From assembly GCF_009914755.1 (NCBI RefSeq), contig NC_060928.1: a stretch of 64,000 bases of DNA, one strand, 5' to 3'. Of the stretch, positions 40,367 through 54,090 are shown piece by piece; the first letter of the stretch is position 1, and every line of letters starts with the position of its first letter. The position numbers and the translations under genes were made by a program. The stretch is from the human T2T-CHM13v2.0 reference genome, Homo sapiens. The notes beneath the pieces are model-generated. The model ran no database searches. It saw only the letters and a list, made by a program, of their open reading frames with translations, and was not told the DNA's origin.

Positions 40367-43300
40367 TTGCCTCTGTGTCCTGCCTCAGCGTGACTCCCCA
40401 CTCACCTGGCTCTCTCTCTGTCCTGCCTCCCATTATCTAACACATTTTTTACATGTACATTTTAATTTGATTCAGCTGGTCTGAATCTCTGAATTTATAT
40501 CATCCAAAACTTCCATATGGTCAGTAGTAGATGTTCTCTAATCCTCCCTCTCCTTACCACGGGTCAGACCTAAAGAATGTGAACACTTTTTTTTTTTTTT
40601 CTGGGGATGCTAAGCAAACCCTTCTTACAGATACGTTTAATGTAATAAGAACAAGGGAACATGTAAACTAACATAACCAATTGTCAGTTCTCCATGTATT
40701 CCTCAAAAGAATGTCAGAGTAAATGTATTAGAAATACAGTATCCAGACTGCTAGTCCTTGCCAGAGACATTCTTACCTCTGCCCTGTGATAATATTTTAT
40801 GCTTGACAGTGAAAACAAGTGTGGCCCCTTGCACCGGTTAGCTAGAAGTACAGCCAGATTTCAAGCTAGTGCAGTCACCTCTTCCGTCATTCTTCACAAA
40901 TCTTGTCAACCTGGATCTTAGACTTCATCTGAATCGAGTTCTTTGCCCTCCTTTGTGCCTGCAGCTCATATGGAGGTCTTTGCCACCAATGGGAGATGAG
41001 CCCAAACTTTCGATCTAGGTGGGTGATGTGTAGCAGTTCAAGGGAAGGGTGCTGTGTTTTCATAGCATGGAGTCGGAGGAGAGGGCCATTTAGCAGGGGG
41101 AGCAGAAGAGGCAATTCCTCCTGGGCTAGGGGTTGTCAGTGAGGTTTCAACATTTTGTTAGCTGTGTGCAGCATTCCCAGAGCTTCAGTCTCTGTGCATA
41201 CTCAGCTTTGTAGAACCATGCTGCAAAGCCATATACCGATGGGGTTATCCATGCAACTATCTCCATTCCTACAATGTCCTTAATATGAGATCATCAAACA
41301 TTGATAGTAGGGACTCCATGGAATATTTGCCCAGTAATGGTAAGAAATCTTTCGGGTAAGAGTATGGATGGTTCTTCTTTTACCCAATCTGCTTATAGCT
41401 TTTTTTGTAAACAGGGAAATGTTGAGTGGTACTTGTATTCCCTTATCAAATTAATCACATAGCTTTTATACAGAAACTCTTCCTGTGTGAGCTGTTAAGG
41501 TGCCAAATTGGCTGTCATTTGTATTCATGACACATACCATAAAGCATCTGCTAATGCTTTAATGGATTGATTCAATTAAGACCTGAGTGACACTATTTGT
41601 AAATATAACTAGTTGTGAAGCACACATACCTTTATTTTGGGAATTTATGAGAAAATATAGAAAACCACAGATCAGGGATTCATATATGTAGCTCAAAAAT
41701 TCCCAAAAGTTTACTGTTAGAGTTGGCAATTTCCTATCACTATTTCAGTGTCAGAACAAACTGAAAATAATGGCTCGTGTTTATGTTGAAGATAAATAGC
41801 ACCATTATTGGGGGAAGTTATTCAAAAGCAGGCTTTTGAGCACCATAGTCTAAATGCCAATAAAAATAATTCATACATAGAAATGTCATTGGTCCTGAAT
41901 TTGAAGAAAGTGAGCAACAGTAGTTAAATGTGGGTGCATATAACCAAATTCCCCTTCATCAAGAATGGAGGAGAAGAGAGAAGAATGAAATCCTGAAGAT
42001 TCATCCCAGCCGCAACTCAGGATCCAACACAACTTTAACTGGGAGGAATACATTGTTTGATCATTTTTAAAACATCTGTGAATGAGTGATTCCGGAGGCC
42101 TGTGAATTGTGTGGGGAGCTTGCTTTGATGGCACTGTGTTAATAAAAGTTGTAGGGACTGTGCACCTAAGAGGCTAAGAGGTCCCACTCATCCGCCCTGT
42201 GAACCAGCTGTAAAGAAATGTAGTTAAGAAATGCAAAGAAATGTGTTATCTTGGCACTTGGGTTTGATTTTCCTTTTTTTAAAGCACTGCAAAACTTCTT
42301 TAGGATACTAAAACATCCTAATTGGGCTGTTTTTTTGTTTTGTTTTGTTTTTCAGCTAAAGGCAAAGATAATTTTTTTTTCAGCTGAAGTTTTTCTTTTT
42401 TGCAACTATGACATGAATTGAGTGATAAAATGGCTCTTTGAAAAGTAGATATTGTCTGTATTGTAAATGCTTAGTCATATTCATGGCAAAGTGTTCATTT
42501 CTTGAGATGGTTCTTTCACAACACACAAGAATCAAGATGGAACGCAAGGAAAATCTTTTTGTTTTGACCGAGGTAACCAGTTTATGTGTGTTCCAATCCA
42601 TAGAGAAGTGGGGGAAAGGGCGAGAAAGGATCAGATTGATCTGGGATCAGCTTTGAGCCTGAGTTCAGTGAATAGCCTCATGGGCATCTCATGGAATTGA
42701 TGCATTTGCTGTGGCATATTTAAATTTTGTTCAAAAGATTTGAAGCAAGACCTTGCAAAGACTCTTAACATTACTGTTCAGCTTGCTTAGATTGTGTTAA
42801 CAGTTCATTTAACAAAGATCCGTTTTAACTCTGAACAAAAGCAACCCAGAGCGGCCATTCTCTATTCCCATGCTGGTCAATACGCTTTCATTACCAATTG
42901 GCCCTTACCAAACTTTTCTTATATATATATTTGTATTTTACTATGATAGTTGAGAAATTTAGCCTCTTAGTCATTTTTAGCTGTTATTGTGGAAGACCTC
43001 AAATACAAGATTAGATGCCCTTGAACATGTTTTAATGATGTGTGTCATGTTACTATCAATGGTGATTTCAATCGCAATATTTTAAATTGATGAGAATGAT
43101 TTGTAAACATGAAGTTACTATTACGTAAATTCTGTTTGTTATAGAGTTTCTTCAGTTGTTACCCAAGTGTCATCCTAGAGAAGTCAGAAGAATCAGAATC
43201 CATCGTATTTTAGAGTTATGTGAATCTACATCATAAATGGGCATTAACATTCTAAATTGCTTGGTTTGGAGAATGTGTTAGCAGCATAGCTATATTCAAC

Positions 43301-44617
43301 TAGGGAGATGCTAAATACACAGAAGTTTCAAGAGCCTTGGAACAGAATTACAGGGGAACTATATATGTATATGTATATTTTATTAAACACCCATCTGCAC
43401 TATCAGTATTGCACTAATGTGGAATTTGAAAGACTATTTTGCTGATACTGTATATATGCGCATCATTCCTGATTAGATTGTTGTAAAGACAATCTGAAAG
43501 ATCTAAGGTTTTAAAATAATTTGGTTTGAAAATATACAGTTGTCTTGAAGGAATTGCTGTCATACATGAAGTTGCTCCGAGCTGTCTTTATTCTCTTCTT
43601 GGTCAAGGTTAACAATTGCTAAATGATCGCAAATTCACCTAAACAATACATTTACAAAGCCATCTTTACATGCATTAAACGAGGGCTACAACAATATTGT
43701 TTTACAAATACTAGCACTTTTTTTTCTGTTATGTACTTAGTGTTAGAGGGTCAAAATAATCTTTCTGCTTAGCATCTCTTAAACCATACCTGCAAATATA
43801 GCAGGATTATTACATTTACAGTACTTTAATACTTGTATAAACTATGCAGAAATTTTTAATAAAGTGTAATATATTTTATAAGCTAATAAGACTGAATGGG
43901 TAAAGGTTTTTAGCATGCGTTAGTATACTTGCAGATACTGAAACATTTTGGTAATCTTTCTTACTAAAGATGTGAATGTTTAATGTACCTTCTCTGTTTC
44001 TACTCTGTAGTCCAATGGGAATTCAGTAATGACATTTTGTCATGTCAAACTGTGAACATAAATTTGTACTGTACAGTCCTCATATACTATATACAGTATG
44101 CAATATATATTATATACTTGTTAATAAAACCATCAGAATATTAAATGTGATCATGTGATTACTTCATATGCAGTGATCACTAGAGCAAAACTTACAGAGC
44201 AATGTAAGAACCCTTGCTTAGAACATTACTTACTCTGATGGGCAGTTATTGTTGATGGAGGGACAGAAAAATAGATCTAACTGGAAGATGAACTACCGGA
44301 ATTAACTCAGCCCTCAAGCTATGTCCCTGGTTTTCTGAAAACAGCCAACAGGAAGTCTCCTAGGCTGAAATCATAAAACTGCAGACAATCCAGCAAAAAT
44401 CTACAAACTCACCTAGTTCATTCTTGAAATACTTCTTGTATTTGTTATTTATGAACCCCTGCCTGCTTCCAAAAAGAACTTGCTTGCAGCGTTTTGTATT
44501 AAAAGACGCATGTGTATAATACTTTAAACTTTTAGAGTAAAATATCAAGACTCTCATGTTGGGGAGTGGGGAACGAGGAACAGAACAATAACGCATTAAA
44601 GTAAATAACTCTGGATA
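40367..44617 (+). other. KLF3: KLF3 3'UTR (long, AT-rich, no recognisable interspersed repeat)
   Basis: follows the stop codon; AATAAA at 41859, 42141, 43858, 44123 and ATTAAA at 44140, 44595; distal end is inferred. Confidence 0.75.
44123..44128 (+). terminator. polyadenylation signal AATAAA
   Basis: canonical hexamer with upstream TGTA elements (44065-44073), a second ATTAAA at 44140 and TGTG-containing downstream sequence. Confidence 0.6.
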
Positions 44618-44717
44618 AAAGTAATTATTTTTCAAGCCTTTAGTAACCATGTTCATGGACACTGCATTCTCCAGCATCACATGAAGAAGAAGTAGTTTCC
44701 GATAGGGATTTAGAGTT

Positions 44718-44720
44718 GAG

Positions 44721-44751
<31 letters not shown>

Positions 44752-45040
44752 TGTTTTTGTTTTTTGAGACAGTCTCGCTGTGTTGCCCAGCCTGGAGTGC
44801 AATGTTGTGATCTCACTGCAACCTCTGCCTCTTGGGTTCAAGCGATTCTCCTGCCTCAGCCTCTTGAGTAGGCGGGACTACAGGTGCACGCCACTGTGCC
44901 CAGCTAATTTTTGTAATTTTAGTAGAGATGGGTTTTCACCGTGTTGGCCAGGCTGGTCTCAAACTCCCGACCTCAAGTGATCCACCCGCCTTGGCCTCAG
45001 AAAGTGCTGGTATTACAGGCATGAGCCACTGCACCCAGCC
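44718..45040 (-). mobile_element. Alu
   Basis: reverse Alu, (GTTTT)n tail, TSD ggatttagagtt. Confidence 0.95.
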
Positions 45041-45410
45041 AAGGATTTAGAGTTCTTTTGTTTAAGGCAAAATGTAATTACCTCTCCTCTTCCCTCTGCA
45101 TCCCTGCAATGTAATTGAAACTGAGGCTAGCTTGTTAGATCTCAGCAGTTTCCTCCAGCCTGGACTTCATCTTAGCAAAACACAAGATAATGTCTGGCCA
45201 GCACTTCCCACATGACTTAATTTCACAGGTTGGAGATGAAAGGAGGTTGGGAGAAGGCTAAATTCAGCCTTTGGGGCACTCTCCAGCCTTCTCTGGGGAA
45301 CTTCTCTGTTTTTATACCAAGATAGTTGATTGCAAGATCAAAAGCAAGTGTATATGACTATAAATCCTAATGGAATATTGGCTTGAATTAGTCCAGTTGA
45401 CTGGCTGTAA

Positions 45411-45733
<323 letters not shown>

Positions 45734-45949
45734 CTTTCATTATATTTCTTATGCATGACTTGACACTTGCTGAGTTCAAAGTAAGATCCATCCTTCTAGG
45801 AAGAATTGTTACAAGCTGGATTCTGCCCGGGTGAATGATGAGGATGGTAACAAATGTGGATTCTATGAGAAACTAAATTCTTTGGGGAAAATGGTTGAAC
45901 AAATTTAAGATGTTCCAAACAAAAAAATATATATAACCATTTCCCATTA

Positions 45950-46244
45950 CAGTCAGCCCTCTGTGTCCATGGGTTCCGCAATACAGATTCAACCTAGGGC
46001 GAATAGAAAATATTCAGGAAAAATTAAAAAAAAAAAACACTACAATAATAATACAAATAAAAAGAACACGGTATAATAGCTATTTACATTGCATTACATT
46101 GTATTAGGTGTAAAATCCAGAGAGAATTTAAAATATACAGGAAGATGTGCATCAGTTGTGCAAATACTATGCCATTTTATGTAAGAGACTTTAGCATTTG
46201 AGGATTTTGGTCCCTGGGGGTCCATGCATACCGACGGATGACTA
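45950..46244. mobile_element. Tigger3-like non-autonomous DNA transposon
   Basis: imperfect TIRs cagtcagccctctgtgtccatgg / ccatgcataccgacggatgacta with flanking TA. Confidence 0.7.
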
Positions 46245-47434
46245 TATTTTAAATGCTATCAGGTTAAGAAAGCAGGATTAGGAGGCTTACTGTGGGCCAA
46301 GTAAGATTATCAATTCTAATCTGAAAGAGAAGAAATGGCTGTGTTCAGGGACGGATACTGCTAAAAGATAAACTTGGGCACATTAAAATCTTAAAAGAGT
46401 TTATTTGAGCAGACAGCAATTCATGAATCTGGCAGTACCAGTTGCAAACAGTTGCCTGATTCCAGGAGACTGAATAAGCTGTTCTCAGAAGCAAAACAAA
46501 TTATTTGATGGTTGAAGTCGAAAGTTTGTAGTTAGAGGTTAGTTGGCAGTTTCTAATTGGTTAAGATTGTTTCCCTAGGCTATGATCATTCCCTCTCATT
46601 TGGGCTTTGGTTTGCTTACACGGAAACCAAGGCATGGGAGCGGTCTCTGCCTAATGATCTCCCAATTCAATTATCAAAACAATGGATTGAGATGGAAGTA
46701 AATACATACACATATACATGTAAAAGTTAAACTACTAGAGACCTGACTTACCGGTGTGTATGCATAAAACTCAACAATGAATTTTCCTTCAAGTGTACAT
46801 TCATTTTAAGAATGTAAACGGAACCTGGTACCATTTCCTATTGTCTGAGCAGATCATAGTCACACTAGTTAGTAATAGTGCAGTATGTAGAGAGAGTGAC
46901 TCCGAAATTAGAATAACATGTGCTGTAAATTAGAATTATTTTTAAACTTATGGGGAAGTGGGAGGTTGATTCTCACCAAGTCCAGATATGCTTATTGGTT
47001 TGAGAGCTTCTGCTCATTATATCTCTGGTTTTGCATTCCCTACAGGCACCCTGAGTGGTGGGGTTAAGAATAGAAAACGGAAGCTGGATCTTCAGGCTCC
47101 TGGATCATGGCTGTTTCACACTGCATGCACTTAATGAATTCGATGTTTCTTCCTTTTCTCATGATTCAGGAACTCTAAGAACTTGGTGTTTAAAGAACTC
47201 AGAAAGGTGGCTCTTGGGGACTTTCAAGCCTTGCTGATCTGCTCCAGAAGAGGTATCACCTCCTGCTGCAAAGTACAAGAGCTTGCCTGTCAGTTACACA
47301 TCTCCAAAGCTATGTTCATGTGTTCCCTCAACTAAAATAATATCCCACCCACACATTCACCACCAGAATGAGATCCTCATGGCTGAGCTGGGAATTGCTC
47401 GTCTTTATGAAGACATTGTTAGATGGTAGTTTGT

Positions 47435-48220
47435 TTCCAAACCAAGCTAGAGTCCACTAGTCCAGTGCAGTAAGACCAAACATCCACACCAAGGTTTTGC
47501 AGCAGGAGAAAGGAGGGCATTTATTTGCAGGGCACCAAGCAAGGAGAACTGGGCAGCTCATGCTTAAAACCCAACCTTCCCCGTGACTTTTAATTAAGCA
47601 AGGGTTTTAAAGGCAAAGGTAAATTTCAGGAAAGCAAAAGTTATAAGCAAAATCTTAAATGTATCCATGGAGTTTATACATTGGGTTGGCCTAAAAAGAT
47701 GGGATATCTTGCAGTGGGGCTGTACAGGTCATAGGGAGATTCAGAGATTTTCTGATTTGCAATTGATTAAGGAAGGGAAGATTTATCTGAAGACTTGGGG
47801 TCAGCAGAAACGAATATTAGGTCTGGCCCATGGGTGTGACTTCCTCCAGGATCCTCAGGAAGAACTTTAGAACAAAGAGCTATGGTCAGAGCTCGGTCCT
47901 TAGTTCCCCCTTATCTGAGGTCTACATGCCAGCAGATGGCATTTTCCATTTGGTGGAGTTCTGGGTTTCTGAAAAGCAACTGAGGGACGTGAGTTAAAAT
48001 GTTATCTTTAGTTTCTACAGGGAACCAAACATCTGGTAACTCTAACCTCCTTGGCTATGGTTTAATGCTACTATTACCTTCTTGCTTATCAGGTTGCTCA
48101 TTTACTTCTCATGGCTAGCTAGGTGCCTGGAATTCCCCTTAAAGGAACTCCAGAATTTCTTTTATTTCCATTCTTGGGGGCCCAACAGGCCTCTCAGAGA
48201 AGTTGGTGATCCATCTCAGT
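47435..48220. mobile_element. ERV1-type solo LTR (MER-class, subfamily not assigned)
   Basis: tttatttgcagggcaccaagcaaggagaactgggcagctcatgcttaa resembles MER21/34/39-group LTRs. Confidence 0.55.
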
Positions 48221-48768
48221 TTAAGGAATAGGTGAGCCTGAGTTCTGCTCCTACCTCTGACCCTAACTTCTCTCTCTCGCCCCTTCACAGCCAGCTAATC
48301 GCTTCTGAGGCCACTTCTGGGTCTTTTCTCTTCTGTCCATTGCCATTGAGCTCCTGTGTTTCTCACTGGGGCTAGAACAGAAGTGTCTTCACTCTCCCAC
48401 TTCAATCATTCTCCACCAGACACCAAAGCCATCTTTCCCAAACTAAGAGCTGACTGTTATGCCCCTCTGCTTAGAATCCTTCCATGGTCCTCACTGTACT
48501 GAAGCTGGTTCTTCTTAATTCAGCCCTACCCCCCTTTAAAGCCTCATCGTTTATCATTAAACTTTTGTTTTCATTTTCCTGTTTTTTTCTAAGAACCTTC
48601 AAACACCTCCCATACTCAGTGAGATTGATAGGTGCACAAGGCATTCAGGGAGATACAAAACTCTTACTCATTTGTCAAAATCCCACTCAAAAGTTACCTA
48701 TTCTTTGAGCTTTCCTTGAATGAACTCCACTCACCCTCTCTGCGGAGATACTCTCTCCCTACTTCTTT

Positions 48769-49079
48769 TTTTTTTTTTTTTCTTTTTGAGATGGAGTCTT
48801 GCTCTGTCACCCAGGCTGGAGTGTAGTGCCGTGACCTTGGCTCACTGCAACCTCCACCTCCCAGGTTCAAGCGATTCCTCAGCCTCCTGAGTAGCTGGAA
48901 TTACAGGTACACACCACCATGCCCGGCTATTTTTTTTTTTTTTTTTTTTTTTTGTATTTTTAGTAGAGACAGGGTTTCACCATGTTGGTCAGGCTGGTCT
49001 TGAACTCCTGACCTCGTGATCCACCTGCCTCAGCCTCTCAAAGTGCTGGGATTACAGGTGTGAGCCACTGCTCCTGGCC
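48769..49079 (-). mobile_element. Alu with expanded central T-run
   Basis: reverse Alu, perfect 18-bp TSD ctctctccctacttcttt (48751-48768, 49080-49097). Confidence 0.96.
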
Positions 49080-49317
49080 CTCTCTCCCTACTTCTTTCTG
49101 TAACCACATAATCCTTGAGTTTCCCTCAATTTTCAGCACTTATCACCCTGCATGGTCAGTCTGTCCATCTGTCTCCTTCCCTCCCTAGATCTCAGATCAC
49201 CCTAATATGATTCTGTTCTGGGTGTCCAGTGTCCAATCCCCAGCACCAGGCACAAAGCATGCCTGGGTGTGTGTTGGAAAGTGTGCTACGGAAGGTGTGT
49301 TGAATGAGCGAATGGGT

Positions 49318-49560
49318 ACTAATAGCTAACATTAAGTGAACACTTACTATATATTTTGCACTATTCTAAGCAATTTGCAGCCATTAATTAGTTTAATTCT
49401 CAACACTGTAAAGCATGTAACCATTATCATTTTCTTTTTACAGATGGAAATTGGGGCACAGACAGATTAAGTAATTTACCCAAGGTCACAAAGATAGGAA
49501 GCAGGAGAACCAGCTTCAAATTCAGGCCTCCTATGTCCAGAACCTGCTGTCTTAACTATT
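49318..49560 (-). mobile_element. MIR
   Basis: atagctaacattaagtgaacacttactat...ttttacagatggaaattggggcacagacagattaagtaatttacccaaggtcac. Confidence 0.8.
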
Positions 49561-49824
49561 ATATGGGTCTCTGGCCTTGGTGGCCCTCAGGCCATTTCGT
49601 GCTTCCTCTCAAATTTCAACCCAGGTGTGCTATGGGTTGAATTTTTTTCATACTTTTACTGTACTGAGCCATCTGCTGGGATACCCTCCCCCTCCATCCC
49701 AGGCCACACTCATCCACCCCTTCACTAGAAAAATACTGCTAATTCTTCAGTACTTGTAAAGCCAGAAATCCCCAATGGGTAAAGGAAGGGGGAAATTTGC
49801 TGGTTTCTATAAATAAGAGGTTTG

Positions 49825-50085
49825 AGATATACAAATACATATACTTGTATATATGTATACATACATATACTTGTCTATATATGTATGTCTATGTATGCGT
49901 ACATATATACGTATATATGTACGCGTACATATATATATGGGATTACACCTGTAATATACAAAATATGCAAAAATTAGCTGGGCATCCCATACATATATAT
50001 ATATGCTTATATGTATATGAATATATATCTACATATGTATATGTATATATGTATATGTGTATGTGTATATTCATATATATATATT
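49825..50085. repeat. (TA)/(TATG)-rich simple repeat with an embedded Alu-derived fragment
   Basis: alternating purine-pyrimidine AT-rich tract. Confidence 0.9.
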
Positions 50086-50092
50086 TAAAAAA

Positions 50093-50385
50093 TTATTTTT
50101 TCTGAGACACCTTCTCACTCTGTTGCCCAGGCTGGAGGGCAGTGGTGTCATCTCAGCTCACTGCAACCTCTGCCTCCTGGGCTCAAGTGATCTTCCCACC
50201 TTAGCCTCCTGAGTAGCTAGGACTACAGCCACGTGCCACCATGCCCAGCTAATTTTTGTATATTTTGTACAGATGGGGTTTTGCCATGTTGCTCAGGCTG
50301 ACCTTGAACCCCTGGACTCAAGAAATCCACCCGCCTTGGCCTCCCAAACTGCTGGGATTACAGGTGTGAGCCACTGTGCCTGGTC
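50093..50385 (-). mobile_element. Alu (AluJ-like)
   Basis: reverse Alu with gggctcaagtgatcttcccacc J-type features. Confidence 0.93.
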
Positions 50386-50399
50386 TCGATTTATTTTTT

Positions 50400-52040
50400 T
50401 TTATGTCAGGTGAAGTGTATCTTTAGATAAAAATCATTCTTTTTAGTGTACATTCAGTCATATCATTACAATGAAGACATAGAACAATTCCATCCCTTCT
50501 TAAAATTCCCTCAGGCTCCTTTATACTCACCCATCCTCCAGGCCTATTTTATTTCCCTGTAATTTCACCTCTTACATATGTTTGTGTCACCTTTTTGAGT
50601 CTGGTGTCTATTGTTTCACATTATGTATTTGAGATTCAACTATGAGGTTACATGTATCAGTAAGTTTTTCCTTTTAATTATTGAATAAGGATATACAACA
50701 ATATGCTTATACATTTACCAGTGGAAGAATATCTGGATTATCTTCAATTTGAGGCAATTATGAATAAAGCCACCATAAATATTCATGTGCAGGTATTATT
50801 AACTTTTTTGTTCAATTTTTGGGTTTTGTGTTCCTTACTCTTGGGTAAATACTTAACAGTGGGATTGCTAGATTGTGTGCTAAGTAAATATTTAGCTCTT
50901 TAACAAATTGCCCTACTCTTTTCCAGAGCAGCTATGCCATTTTGCATTTCCACCAGCAATGTATGAGAATTCCAAGGTATTCTACAACCTCACCCACACT
51001 TGGTATTGTCAAGTGTTTTGTTTTGTTTTATCCAACCGAATAGGTGGGGCAGTATCTCATTGTGGTTTTAATTTGCATTTCCTTCATGACTTATGATGAG
51101 CATCTTTTCATGTGCCTATTTGCCAGCCTTGTATCTTCTTTAGTGGAGAATCTCTTAAAATCTTTTGCACATTTTGTATTGGGTTGTTTGTTTTCTTATT
51201 ATTACATTCTGAGAAGTCTCTGCACATTCTAGATATGCGTCATGTTTTGCTAATATTTTCTCCCAGTCTGTGGTTTGTCTTTTCATTTTCTTAACAGTGG
51301 TTTTTGAATAGAAGATATTTTTAATTTTGATAAAGTTTAATTTATCAATTTTTTTTCTTTTATGAATCATAATTTTTGTGTTCTAAGAAATCTTTCCCTA
51401 ACCCAAGGCCACATACATTTTCTCTTATTTTCTCCTTCTAGATTTCTTATGGTTTTAGGCTTTACATGTACATCTATGATCTATTTGGGTTTAATCTTTG
51501 CACATAGATATAATTTATGAATTAAGGTTCATATGTATGTCCAATTGTCCCAGCACCATTTATTGAAAAGACTTTCCTTCTCCATTAAATTGATTTTGCA
51601 TGTTTGTCAAAAAATCAACTAACCATACATGTGTGGGTCAGTTTCTGGATTCTCTGTTGCGTTCCATTAATCTATGTGTCTATCTTTTCACCAAGACCAC
51701 ACTATTTTAATTACAGTAGCTTTACAACAAGTCTTCAAATTAGTATGAATTCGCTAACTTTGTTATTCTTTTTAAAAATTATTTTGGTTGTTCTAGCTCC
51801 TTTGGGCTTCCATTTAAATTTTAGGAACAGTTTATCAGTCTTTCAAAACAAAAGACTGCTGGGATTTTGCTTGGGATTACATTGAATTTATAGAACAAAT
51901 GAATCTTTCCATGTAAAAACATGGTCTATTACTCCATTTATTTAAGTCTTCTTTGATTTCTTTCATCAGTGTTTTATGGGTTTTGCATACAGGTTATGGA
52001 CATATTTAATTAGATTTATACTTAAGGTTTCTGTTGTTGT
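50400..52040 (-). mobile_element. old L1M, ORF2 C-terminus and 3'UTR
   Basis: minus-strand translation KKIDKLNFIKIKNIFYSKTTVKKMKRQTTDWEKILAKH resembles the L1 ORF2p C-terminal region; many stops and frameshifts. Confidence 0.85.
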
Positions 52041-52627
52041 TCTGTGCAAGGGATTGAGTTTAGCAGTCATAGAGGGACAGATGACAAGTCCTGGCTTTGA
52101 ATGAGATGGACAGTTAAAACTAAGACCCTCTACATAAATCTCTGAACATAAGCAAACACAAAACACTGCTGGAAGAACATACTTAACCCATGACACAGAG
52201 AGTTTTCACAGAGAAAGCTCTACTTTAAGTTCACAAGCCAAGCTAACAAAACTCATAAAGAAACATATATTATAAGCAAAAGCACAGATGCTGCAAAGAC
52301 CACAACACCAGAATTTCCTATGGTAGAACTGTCAGAACACTGTAAGTATGTTTAAAGACATAACAGGATTAATCAAAGCCCTAAGAAAATGGGTATCTGG
52401 AAAAGGGTTCCAGTCACAATATTAATAAATGGATTCATTCCACACTATTCCTTCTGCTAATTACCTCCCAAAGTGCTGGGATTCTGGGCATGAGCCACTG
52501 CACCTGGCTGACTATAACAGTTATATCAAAGGGGTCCAGCCTACAGAGCCATTCTCTTCCTGGTCTTTTGGGCAATGGGTGAGGGGGGTGCTGCACCTCT
52601 TACAGTGTTTACCTGGAGTATAAAAGT

Positions 52628-53080
52628 GGTTTTTTTTGTTTTGTTTTGTTTTTTAGATGGAGTCTCGCCCTGTCCCCCAGACTGGAGTGCAGTGGCGCGA
52701 TCTCGGCTCACTGCAACTTCCGCCTCCAGGATTCAAGTGATTCTTCTGCTTCAGTCTCCCTAGTAGCTAGGACTACAGGCACCCGCCACCAGGCCCAGGT
52801 AATTTTTGTATTTTTAATAGAGACGGGGTTTCACCATATTGGCCAGGCTGGTCTTGAACTCCTGACGTCGTGATCCGCCCACCTCGGCCTCCCAAAGTGC
52901 TGGGATTACAGGCCTGAGCCACCGTACCCAGCCAACAGTGTTTTTAAAAATTTTTTTAAATTAGAGATGAAGGGTCTTGCTATGTTGCTCAGGCTGGTCT
53001 CGCACTCCTGGACTTAAGCCATCCGCCTGCCTTGGCCTCCCAAAGTGCTGGGATTACTGCACATAAGCCACCACATTGGC
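52628..53080 (-). mobile_element. Alu (52628-52934) plus adjacent Alu monomer (~52950-53080)
   Basis: reverse Alu bodies. Confidence 0.9.
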
Positions 53081-53399
53081 TTTCAATTATAGAATGAGGG
53101 AGAGGATTATAGAGAGCAGGGAGCAGAAGGAAAAGATATTTTAAACCCACGTCTGAAGTCCCTGGCTCATCTGTGGGTAGCCCAAGCATCAAGCTGACCA
53201 GAATCAACACAGAAGAAGCTTTGAGAATTGAACTGCAGCATGGAATATCACCATGTTTCAAAATGACCTCTGTGCACACTGTGGCTGACCAGAATCATAC
53301 TACAAAGCTTCAAAATTTAAGTTAACATTCAAACCACAGCCCACAAAAGTGGGCCAGGATGTGTGCTCTAAATCTAAATGGGTGGATGGCCAGCTAAAA

Positions 53400-54090
53400 T
53401 AGAAGATTTAAACAGGAACCAGAGTCTCATAACAGTACACACAGAGTTTCTAAGACATAATCCAAAATTACTCAGCATAGCCAAGAACCAGGAAAATCTT
53501 ACCTTGCATGAGAAAAGAAATCGACACTAACACTCAAAGGACAGAAACGTTGGAATTATCTGAAAAGGGTTTTAAAGTAACTATTATAAAAATTCTCCTA
53601 AAAGCAATTATGAACACTCCTGGAATAACTGGAAAACTAGAAAATCTGAGCAAGAAATACAAGACACAAAAAAGAATCAAAAGGAGATTTTAGAACCAAA
53701 AAGTATAATATTCAAAATAAAAAACCCACTGGATGGGCTTAATGACAGAATGGAGGTTACAGAGGAAAGAGTAATATGAAGATAGATCAATGCAAATTAT
53801 CCAATCCGAACAACAGAGAGAAAAATAGATTGAAAAATTAATGAACACAGGCTAGGGACCTGTAGCACAATATCAAAAGATCTAACATTCGGAATTCCAA
53901 AGAGGGAGAAGAAAGTTCAGGGCTAAAAAAATTTTGAAGAAATAATGTCTGAAAATTCCTCACATTTGTTGAAAGATCAAAAAAAACTACAGGTTCAAGA
54001 AGGTCAGCAAACTCCCAAAAGATTAAACCCAAAGAAATCTCTACCCAGATATATCATAATCAAACTGCTGAAAACTAGACAAATAAAAAA
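53400..54090 (+). mobile_element. old L1M ORF1-region fragment
   Basis: A-rich + strand; gaagatagatcaatgcaaattatccaatccgaacaacagagagaaaa...gaagaaataatgtctgaaaattcc...atcataatcaaactgctgaaaac typical of L1 ORF1. Confidence 0.75.
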
